A DNA stretch of 64,000 bases from Syntrophales bacterium (GTDB lineage: Bacteria; Desulfobacterota; Syntrophia; Syntrophales; UBA2210), in NCBI GenBank assembly GCA_963666365.2, contig CAXXNF010000001.1:512001-576000 (forward strand), written 5' to 3'. A program made the position numbers and the translations under genes. The notes below the pieces were generated by a model, which was not told the DNA's origin, did not search any database, and saw nothing but the letters and a program-made list of their open reading frames with translations. Shown here one piece after another: positions 47,046 through 54,660 of this stretch (the first letter of the stretch is position 1; each line of letters starts with the position of its first letter).

Positions 47046-47974
47046 TCTTCCGCCTCCGATTCGTACCAGTCCTGCGAAGGGTTGAAGTGGAAAATATCCG
47101 CCGTGTGCGCGTGCCCGGCCACGCGCACAAAGTTTCCGCCTGAAGGTGCTGTTTCAGTCAGGCCGCCAGCGGTGGCCGCGTCGAGAAACAGGGGCGCCCC
47201 TGTGGTCCAGTTCCAGTCGTCGTCCCGTATATAGGCCCCCGGCATGGCGAAATTGCCGGTACCGTCTGCATCGATGGACGACGACGCGACAACTCTCAGC
47301 ATGCCCTTTGTCGTGGCCTCCGCCGAGGCGTCGGTCTTCCACCATTTGCCGTCGCTTTTAAGATACACAAGCTGCCCGAAGGACAGCGCCTCGCCCGCCG
47401 TGCCGGGGTGTATCCGTCCCTCAACGGTATGGTCCGTGTCCGGCGTGGGGTCTGCCGTATTGCGCGTGGCTCCCGCGACCAGCGCCTTCATCTCTGCCGC
47501 CGTGACCTCGTTTGCGCCGCCTTCGTCCAGCTTCGTATCGGCGTTCTGTGTGTGCCGCTTCGATACCGCATCAGCAGCGAGTGTGTCATAGACCCATCCG
47601 TCCGTGTCTCCCGCATAGACCAGCGTAACAACCTGCCAGTTTGTACTCAGCACAAGATTGCTCTCGGCGCCGTTGATTTTTTTCCCGTTGCGCGCAAGCG
47701 TCAGGTTATTTGCGGCAAAGCTGCCGGCATAGTCGCGCACCTGGATCACTGTCCCGGCAGCGGGCAGCGCGGGCAGCGTCAATGCAAGCGCCTCACCCGA
47801 CGTGTCTGCCAGGACGCAGGTGAAGGGGCTCAGTGTCGCGGCGGAGGATACGACCTGATATCCCAAAGCCGCGTCGAGCGCGTCGAAGTTGCCGTTGATC
47901 TCGTCCCACCAGTCCTCACCGGCTTCGCCGTATGCCGGTTTGTAGAGCCCCAGCTTTGATGTCTCTGTGCCCAT
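47042..47974 (-). CDS. Phage tail fibre protein
   Basis: T.KLGL.KP..GE..W...N.NFD.LD N-terminus; TLP..P..G..V.D..G.F..NNLT..NG..ING domain; C-terminal AGE.L..G..VYL domain. Confidence 0.65.
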   Translation of the reverse strand: MGTETSKLGLYKPAYGEAGEDWWDEINGNFDALDAALGYQVVSSAATLSPFTCVLADTSGEALALTLPALPAAGTVIQVRDYAGSFAANNLTLARNGKKINGAESNLVLSTNWQVVTLVYAGDTDGWVYDTLAADAVSKRHTQNADTKLDEGGANEVTAAEMKALVAGATRNTADPTPDTDHTVEGRIHPGTAGEALSFGQLVYLKSDGKWWKTDASAEATTKGMLRVVASSSIDADGTGNFAMPGAYIRDDDWNWTTGAPLFLDAATAGGLTETAPSGGNFVRVAGHAHTADIFHFNPSQDWYESEAEE

Positions 47975-47975
47975 G

Positions 47976-48746
47976 TTATTGCTCCTTTGCCGCGCGCATG
48001 CTCAGTGTCAGCGACCGGCGGACCGGGTCGTAGGGCATGCTGAGGCGGTAGCCGTCGGCGATCTGCACAAAATAGACCTCCGACGGGTGGTTGGTGATGT
48101 CCCAGGCCCAGAAGAAGGGCCTGCCTGCATGGATGTGGCCGTCCCAGGCGGGGCGGAAGTACGTCTCGACCCAGGCGGGCGAGAGGCGCTGAAATTTTGC
48201 GGTGATTGCGATTTCGACGTAGTCCAGGAGGACGCCCAGGAGATGGCCCTGCTGGCTGTATTTAGACGAGGAGAGGGGCGATTCCGGGGCCGGATCGAAT
48301 TCGCCGGAGGGCCATTTCTCCATCGTGAGCCGCACGCCCAGCATGAGGACGGCTGTTTTCGCCGCTGTGGCGGCGGTGACGATCTTGACGCGCCAGTAGC
48401 GGGCGGAGGCGCTGGTGAAGGTTTTCAGGATCGCCCGGTCGCTCGACGGCTCGAAGGCGGCCAGGCGCCCTGTCCAATCGCTGCCGTTGTCGGACGACTC
48501 GACGGAGACGGATGCGGCGGCTGTCCCTAAATTGTGCCCCCGGATGCCCAGGCAGTCGGCTGATTTCGCCTCGCCGCAGTCCACGGTGTAGTATTTTGTC
48601 CCCGCGGCGGCGAACTGGTGCCAGGTGTAGGTGCGCAGGTCCCGGATATTGGCCGCGTAATAGCCTGATGCCGTGTCCGTAGCGGTGGGCGTGCCGTCTT
48701 CGAAACGGTTTTCATACAGTATGATCGGCTTCGCGTTCCAGGCCAT
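47976..48746 (-). CDS. Phage distal tail protein with discoidin-like (F5/8) domain
   Basis: Directly after the tape measure gene; ESSDNGSDW..SARYWRV motif. Confidence 0.6.
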   Translation of the reverse strand: MAWNAKPIILYENRFEDGTPTATDTASGYYAANIRDLRTYTWHQFAAAGTKYYTVDCGEAKSADCLGIRGHNLGTAAASVSVESSDNGSDWTGRLAAFEPSSDRAILKTFTSASARYWRVKIVTAATAAKTAVLMLGVRLTMEKWPSGEFDPAPESPLSSSKYSQQGHLLGVLLDYVEIAITAKFQRLSPAWVETYFRPAWDGHIHAGRPFFWAWDITNHPSEVYFVQIADGYRLSMPYDPVRRSLTLSMRAAKEQ

Positions 48747-50575
48747 TAGTGGACTCCGTCCTTGTAGGCTTTTTTTAAATATGGAACCAGGGTCCGGGCG
48801 AATTCGCTGTGGTCAACTACGTCGCCGAAGACCTGCACGGTCAGCTGGATGGGGCTAACGGCCTCTTTCTCCTGCGTCGGGACGGTCTCGGATGCGGGCT
48901 GATAGGGGCCGTAGCCGACGCCGGTGACCGAGGGGCTCGACGCGGATCCGGCTGATCCGGTAGCGAGCTGGCCGATGGCGGTGGCGGCGATGGCGGCCAT
49001 GTTGATGTAGGTGAGGATCATCATGCGAGCATAGGCGGCTTCCGCCAATGCCGGGCCGACGACGGGGATTCCGGCCACGGCGGAGGCGGCGGCGATGGCC
49101 GCTTGGTTCCCTTGTATCCAGGTCATTGCTGCTGCGACGGCCTTGCTGACTAAAAACATGGCGGTATTCTGCTCTTTGGAAAACGAGGCGATGGCACCGA
49201 GGACATTCATGGCGGTCTGGGCATAATTCATTGCCATGCTGAGCTTGGCCTGGTTGAGGATCCGCTCCCGGTCGGCATCCTCGCGGGCCAGTTGCTCTTT
49301 ATAGTCGGCGCGCATGCGGTCGGCCATGTATTCGGCCTCGTTGATGTCGTTGAAAAATTGGGTGCGCATGTCGTATTCGGCCTGCAGGCGTTCCGCCGTC
49401 TGCTGCATCCGCAGGTCTTCCCGCTCCTGCAGCCCTTGATTGTAGATGTCGGCGGCTTCGTTGAGGTCCGCAAAGAACTGCTGCCGCTGGGCCAGTTCTA
49501 CGGCCAGGGCCTTCGCTTTTTCGTCGGCCAGGGCCTGGACCTTGGCGTCGTCGGTTCCGCCGGCGTTTTCGGGGGGTCCTGCGCCGGCGGCCAATTTGTC
49601 GAGATAGCTGGAGGTGCGATCTCCGGACATAAGCATGGTCATATTGGTGCTGGCAAAATCCAGGGCGGCGGTTTTGGCGTCGCGGAAGCCTTTTTCTATA
49701 GTGTTCAGGTGGTCGATAAGCGGCGCCATGACATTGCCCATGCCGGGTATTTTTGCCACCGTCTCCGCGAGCATGCGATAGCCCTTGACGATTGTTTCCA
49801 AAACGATGTAGAAGCCGGCGCCCACCATGCCAAAGGCCATCTGCACCGCTTCGAGCGCCTTCAGGAGGCCGTAGCCGACCATTTCCTTTATATCTCCCCA
49901 CCAGTTGGCGATTTGCTTGAGCTGGCCGCCGTATGTTTCGATTTCTGCTTGCGCCGATCCTCCGAAGCGATCGTTGATCAGTCTGAGCACGGCGGCGAAT
50001 TTTTCTCCCTTGTCTTTCCCTTCGTCGAGCACGATCCCGTAGCGGGACAGCGTTCCCGTTTCGCCGACAAAGGCCTTGCCCACCAGCTCAGATGCCGTGC
50101 GCAGGTCGATCTGCTTGGCAGCGGCCAGGTCCATCGATGCCTTGGTAGCCTGCTGCAGGGCCTCGGTTTCCATGCCGTAGGTTTGGAGGTTGGCCATCGT
50201 GGCGATGGTGACTTCGTCGCCGTAGGTCGTCACTTTCTGGAGCTGCGCGGCGTAATCCTTCAATGCCTGGAAATTTTCGCGGGTGTAGGTCCCGGCGTTT
50301 TTCATGGCCACGCCCAGTTGCATTTCCGCTTTTTCCTGCACCATGTATAGGCTGGTGCATTCTTTGATCATCACCATCGCGCCGGCCAGCGCCGCGGTGA
50401 CGGCCAGCCAGTTTTTCCGCACGCCTTCCCACTGTGATTTCATGCGAGAGGTGGTGGTTTTGCTCTGTTTTTCGACATCCTTCATGCCGCTTTCGGTCTT
50501 GTCGGCGAAATTCTTCACCACGACGCTGCCTTTGTCGTCTACCGAAAGTTCAATCTGGATTTTGCGTTCCGCCAT
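48746..50575 (-). CDS. Tape measure protein
   Basis: Ala-rich helical protein, LQKVTTYGDE..DLAAA..L.RYGI..RFGG.A motif, hydrophobic segments; follows the tail chaperone. Confidence 0.85.
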   Translation of the reverse strand: MAERKIQIELSVDDKGSVVVKNFADKTESGMKDVEKQSKTTTSRMKSQWEGVRKNWLAVTAALAGAMVMIKECTSLYMVQEKAEMQLGVAMKNAGTYTRENFQALKDYAAQLQKVTTYGDEVTIATMANLQTYGMETEALQQATKASMDLAAAKQIDLRTASELVGKAFVGETGTLSRYGIVLDEGKDKGEKFAAVLRLINDRFGGSAQAEIETYGGQLKQIANWWGDIKEMVGYGLLKALEAVQMAFGMVGAGFYIVLETIVKGYRMLAETVAKIPGMGNVMAPLIDHLNTIEKGFRDAKTAALDFASTNMTMLMSGDRTSSYLDKLAAGAGPPENAGGTDDAKVQALADEKAKALAVELAQRQQFFADLNEAADIYNQGLQEREDLRMQQTAERLQAEYDMRTQFFNDINEAEYMADRMRADYKEQLAREDADRERILNQAKLSMAMNYAQTAMNVLGAIASFSKEQNTAMFLVSKAVAAAMTWIQGNQAAIAAASAVAGIPVVGPALAEAAYARMMILTYINMAAIAATAIGQLATGSAGSASSPSVTGVGYGPYQPASETVPTQEKEAVSPIQLTVQVFGDVVDHSEFARTLVPYLKKAYKDGVH

Positions 50576-50870
50576 TGCGCTTTCCCCTGGCCTTTTCTAC
50601 TGCGATTTTTTCCCGCTCTACTTTTATGACGCCGATCAGGCGCCATTCCTCGTCGGTAAGCTCATGCCGGCCGACGGGGCAGCCCGCCTCGATGAGGGCC
50701 AGGAAGTCGATCAGTTTGAAGATGATCGGTTCCTGTATTTCCTGATTCCACGGGCAGATGGGGCATATTTCCTCTTCTACGTATTCTGCCGGGTTTTCGT
50801 CCCAGGCGTCGCAGTCGTCGCAGGCGGGGACGCCGGCCCGCTCATCGAGGAGCCTGACGTCCTGCCTCAG
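50550..50870 (-). CDS. Tail assembly chaperone GT extension reached by -1 frameshift
   Basis: 106 open codons in the -1 frame after slippery A AAA AAC (50876-50870); fills the gap to the tape measure gene; not in the ORF track. Confidence 0.75.
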   Translation of the reverse strand: MRQDVRLLDERAGVPACDDCDAWDENPAEYVEEEICPICPWNQEIQEPIIFKLIDFLALIEAGCPVGRHELTDEEWRLIGVIKVEREKIAVEKARGKRNGGTQNPD

Positions 50871-51190
50871 TTTTTTATATCGATCTCCACCTGCTCGAAC
50901 GTCTGGAAAATTATGTCGTTTTTCCAGTTTGCCGGGATGCTGCCTTTTTTATCGACCGTAATGGGTGTGCCGTCGCGGTCGTCCAGGTTCTCCACCTCCG
51001 TGAGCAGCAGATCGAAAAAGTTAATGCGGGCCGCCAGAGAGCGGTCTTTCATTCGGTTTTTTCGGTCCACCGAGTAGCGCTCGGCCATGAATTCGTTTAA
51101 TTCCTTGTTCGTGGGTTCCCGGAGGGTGAATTTTACCTCCTCGTTGCCCAGTTTTATGATTGCCGTCGTTCCTTCGCTTAATCTGGCCAT
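50867..51190 (-). CDS. Tail assembly chaperone (gpG-like)
   Basis: Between tail tube and tape measure; F.LREPT motif; ends in ATA AAA AAC TGA. Confidence 0.8.
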   Translation of the reverse strand: MARLSEGTTAIIKLGNEEVKFTLREPTNKELNEFMAERYSVDRKNRMKDRSLAARINFFDLLLTEVENLDDRDGTPITVDKKGSIPANWKNDIIFQTFEQVEIDIKN

Positions 51191-51205
51191 TTCATATCCT
51201 CTCTA

Positions 51206-52300
51206 TCAGGCCGCCGCCGCCAGGTAGGCCGCCTGGGCGTTATAGACGGCGATCATCGCCGCCGAATTGGTTCCGTCGTCGAGCACGTTGCACTCGAATT
51301 CCTGCGTCAGTGTGTCGCCCACGCCGCCTTTAGGCAGCGGGGCCTTTACGATTTTGAACCGCGGCACGATCAGCGTGACGCCGTAATACATGGCGCCGCC
51401 CGCGGCAATCAGCGAGCCTTTGAGATTAAATTCGATGGCGAGCGGATTCTGGTTGATGAAATAATCCAGCTCCGTCGAACTGTAGAAGAGCAGGGAGAAT
51501 TTCAACTCCGCCGCGCGCCGGCCGTAGTCGTAATCCTGGAAGACGCCGCCGCCGCCGAAGCCGGGCTGCCCCGCGCCGTTGTTGTTCCAGCCGAATTCCA
51601 TCGATTTGAGGCGGGCCTTGATGGCGTCGGGCGTGTCGCTGGAGATGTTCTCGGCGCCCTGTACGAGCGCCGCACCGGCCGCAATGGAGATGTTGTCGCC
51701 CGATTCCATCCACACGGAGCATTTGTTCAATTTTAGCCAGCTTTCGGTTATCGCTGCGGCAAACGCCGTGGAGGACGTTGCCCGCGTTCCTGATCCGACC
51801 AGCGCCGCCTCCAGGGAGACCACCCCGCCCTCCTGCCCGGCGATTTTGAACGAATTGCCCTTGACGCCTTTGTAGGCGTACTGGATCCCGCCGAGCTTCT
51901 GTTCTAATTGGATCGACGGGATGGCCGTGCCGACGGCGACCGGGGTTATGACGTGCTTATAGGCGGTAAGCTCGCCGTCCTGGGTGCTCGTAATGCCGCC
52001 CATACACAACCCAGCGATTCCGGCGACCGAGTTCGGCTTGGCCCTTGCCTCTTTGTAGGCAAAGGTCGCGCCCTGCTCGACGATCTCCTGATCGTAGCCG
52101 TGTTCCTTGCCGGTCACGTCGTCTTTGTCGTTGACGACCGCGTCCGCCCATTCCGTTTCGCAGGAAAACCCCGTCATCGAACAGGCGTTTGACGAATTCA
52201 TGGTCACGCCGGAATCGTATGCCGCGGCTTCGCCGACGGGCGACTCTTTTTGAAACAGGCTCATCATGAGCTGATGATTCCAACCTTTTTTTGTCTGCAT
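51206..52300 (-). CDS. Major tail tube protein
   Basis: Position after the tail terminator; AYKH.ITP, Y.G.K..SF.I pattern, C-terminal N....Y; RBS GGAGG. Confidence 0.7.
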   Translation of the reverse strand: MQTKKGWNHQLMMSLFQKESPVGEAAAYDSGVTMNSSNACSMTGFSCETEWADAVVNDKDDVTGKEHGYDQEIVEQGATFAYKEARAKPNSVAGIAGLCMGGITSTQDGELTAYKHVITPVAVGTAIPSIQLEQKLGGIQYAYKGVKGNSFKIAGQEGGVVSLEAALVGSGTRATSSTAFAAAITESWLKLNKCSVWMESGDNISIAAGAALVQGAENISSDTPDAIKARLKSMEFGWNNNGAGQPGFGGGGVFQDYDYGRRAAELKFSLLFYSSTELDYFINQNPLAIEFNLKGSLIAAGGAMYYGVTLIVPRFKIVKAPLPKGGVGDTLTQEFECNVLDDGTNSAAMIAVYNAQAAYLAAAA

Positions 52301-52374
52301 AGGATTTACCTCCGCGATCTCTTCCTATTGTTTTTTCTTTTCCGTCTCGTTCGGCGCCATATATCCCAGGCGCA

Positions 52375-52923
52375 TTATGCAACACACCCCCAAGGAATAG
52401 AACCCCAAGCGAATTCGCCCCATTCCGCGCCTATATCGGACCGTTCCTCCTCTATGTCTAATGTTTCGACTGCGCAGAGCCTGCCCTCGGCAAAATGGCA
52501 AAGGACGGACCCGAATTTGCGAATGTCGATCGTCTCGATCTGCGGACCCCGCATACCTTGCATCGGTCCCCAGTCCGGGTTGATCGTGTCGCAGCTTTCG
52601 TTGAGATCGTCGCGCAGATTGAAGGCGCTGCACAGATCCTCGACATGGTCGTCAAAGGCGATGCCCGTTGCCTCGGCGTCCTCGAGTCCGCACAGGCGGC
52701 GAAAACGGAACACATGGGCGATCTCCGATTCTCCTGCAGCCAGAAACCGCTCTATGCGCTGGATCCTGAAAAACATAAAACCGTTGATTCTTCCGTCAAC
52801 CTTGAACAGCTCCAGAAACTTGGAATATTCGGCGCTGAACCGTTCGTAATCGTGGATCCGACCAACTCCCGGAACGCCTGATGCGATCACTCGAATCTGT
52901 TGCCGAATCGCCTCGAGACTCAT
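52375..52923 (-). CDS. Tail completion/terminator protein
   Basis: IR..I......V.G.G.IHDYER..F..VLCH.AE..L pattern of Mu-like siphophage neck genes. Confidence 0.65.
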   Translation of the reverse strand: MSLEAIRQQIRVIASGVPGVGRIHDYERFSAEYSKFLELFKVDGRINGFMFFRIQRIERFLAAGESEIAHVFRFRRLCGLEDAEATGIAFDDHVEDLCSAFNLRDDLNESCDTINPDWGPMQGMRGPQIETIDIRKFGSVLCHFAEGRLCAVETLDIEEERSDIGAEWGEFAWGSIPWGCVA

Positions 52924-53411
52924 TGCACCCTCCGCGCCGTTTCATCGGCAATGTCCGAAAGGATGGAGAGCACCCGCGCCATATTGTCGCCGATTGTGTT
53001 TTTGAACATATGCGCCCCCTCCGTTCCGCGGCGCGATATTGCGCGCGCCACCAGGAACGCCACGCTGTCCGCTTCCTTGCCGTCTATTTGCATCGTATGC
53101 ACGACCCAATGCCTGATTGCATCCACCGGCGGGAAATGCGGCTTTGTGCCGGATTCAACCGGTTCTCCGTGGACCGCCGGTGTTCCGAGGATTCCCGTGG
53201 TTGCCCCTTCGACCGATACGACCTGCCCGTAAATGGTATCCCGCAGGTGAATGGGGCCGGCCCCCTCGGGGGTTGCCTCTTTAATCAGCCGCTCAAGAAG
53301 CTGCACCGCTTCGGTAACCTTCGATTCGCGCGCCGCCCGCGATTCTGCCGGGTAGCGCTCCGAAAGCTCCTTGATGCCGGAAAGATCATATTTTATGACC
53401 GTTTCAAACAT
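52920..53411 (-). CDS. HK97 gp10-like neck protein
   Basis: TP..G.HLRD.I, VE.GTKPH.PP...I..W, ARAI...GT....MF; TGATG coupling to the upstream gene. Confidence 0.75.
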   Translation of the reverse strand: MFETVIKYDLSGIKELSERYPAESRAARESKVTEAVQLLERLIKEATPEGAGPIHLRDTIYGQVVSVEGATTGILGTPAVHGEPVESGTKPHFPPVDAIRHWVVHTMQIDGKEADSVAFLVARAISRRGTEGAHMFKNTIGDNMARVLSILSDIADETARRVQ

Positions 53412-54103
53412 CAGCGATATTTCCTCGGATGCGTCATATGGTCTTCGCCCCATGACGGCGTCGAATCCTGGTCGCCGGTTACCGACGCCGCTTTCGTTTG
53501 GCCATCCTTGATGCCCATATGATCGGCATACAACTTCCTGTACCGGGCGGCTCTCGCCGCAAAATCTCGGGATTTGCTCGTATGGTCCACGCTGTCAGCC
53601 TGGATAGTCGAATCCTGATTGCTGGCATAATAAGTGGCCAGCATCTCGCAAAAAACGGAGGCAGCCAGCGCCTGCACCGCCTCTTCGTCGAACCCGGCCA
53701 CCGTGCAGGTGGAATCTGTGCAAGCATGCATGGCCGTGTAGGTCACGCGGATCGATTCCGAAGCCGTGGGCCTGTCTTCCAGGAACCTGATTACCTGGCC
53801 GGAAGGTTTCCGATATATGCGCCATTCGCTGTCATGCAGCATATCGGGCGTCTCGTCGTCGTCATTTACCGGGTATTCGATCGATTTGACGGAGGAAAAT
53901 TCATCGTCCCACGCTTCCAGCCCTGATACCGGATAATCGAATCCGCCGTCGCCGTCCACGTCCTCAACGACAATGCGCGGTTTGTGTTTGGAATGCTCTT
54001 TCACGGCCCTGCCGATCGCCAGAATCTTATCGGCCTCGCCAAGCGGAAACTCTCCATGCACAAACCGCCCGATCGCCGCTATGTAGTCGTCTCGTGTACT
54101 CAT
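53411..54103 (-). CDS. Head-tail connector/adaptor protein
   Basis: Position after the head genes; IEYP, VTYTA.H, D.VD..SK motifs. Confidence 0.55.
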   Translation of the reverse strand: MSTRDDYIAAIGRFVHGEFPLGEADKILAIGRAVKEHSKHKPRIVVEDVDGDGGFDYPVSGLEAWDDEFSSVKSIEYPVNDDDETPDMLHDSEWRIYRKPSGQVIRFLEDRPTASESIRVTYTAMHACTDSTCTVAGFDEEAVQALAASVFCEMLATYYASNQDSTIQADSVDHTSKSRDFAARAARYRKLYADHMGIKDGQTKAASVTGDQDSTPSWGEDHMTHPRKYR

Positions 54104-54113
54104 GATCGCTCCG

Positions 54114-54569
54114 CTAATTCTTAAAAATCCCTAGGGACGACAGCGTAAACGACGTGCCGCCGACGACATATTTCAACCGAATATACTTGCCGAAATTAGT
54201 GATTGCCTGCCGATATTGCCCGGTAGCGGTGATCTGGCTTATGGACGTATGATCGTACCATGTCGAATCGTCGCCGCTGACCTGGATCGTGATATCCAGT
54301 GTGGATGTGCCGGCCTCAGCGATAACGCCTACCAGGATCTGCCCTTCGTAATACGCAGACACTTCAAAACTCGACGAATAACCGGTGGCCGCAGTATACG
54401 TCCCGGACGACAGCATGGTGACGATCCTCGTTGTCCGGTCCGAAGCCCCTGCCGGGACGGCGCTGAACAGCATAATGGCGAACATAACCGCCACAACGGC
54501 CGGAATAAGCCCTGTAAGCCAACATTCTTTCAGGCTACATCTACCTGCGTGTTCTTGCGATTGCCTCAT
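54114..54569 (-). CDS. Phage head-region beta-sandwich protein with signal-peptide-like N-terminus
   Basis: RBS AGGAGG and ATG 54569; hydrophobic LIPAVVAVMFAIMLFSAVPAGA; TLDITIQ.S.D..TWYD..YIRLKYVVGGT domain. Confidence 0.7.
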   Translation of the reverse strand: MRQSQEHAGRCSLKECWLTGLIPAVVAVMFAIMLFSAVPAGASDRTTRIVTMLSSGTYTAATGYSSSFEVSAYYEGQILVGVIAEAGTSTLDITIQVSGDDSTWYDHTSISQITATGQYRQAITNFGKYIRLKYVVGGTSFTLSSLGIFKN

Positions 54570-54626
54570 TTTTGCCCTCCTGGTGCGTTTTTCCCGCCCC
54601 TCGATATCCAATGCTCGAGAGTCCGG

Positions 54627-54657
54627 AAAAACGGGGCGGGGCGAACCCCGCCCGTTT
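54627..54657 (-). terminator. Rho-independent terminator
   Basis: Minus strand GGGCGGGG-TTCG-CCCCGCCC followed by CGTTTTT, directly after the stop at 54661. Confidence 0.75.
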
Positions 54658-54660
54658 GCA

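Noticed and set aside
43138..47974. Diversity-generating retroelement or invertible tail-fibre cassette
   Set aside because: No reverse transcriptase, invertase, template/variable repeat pair or inverted repeats seen in this window
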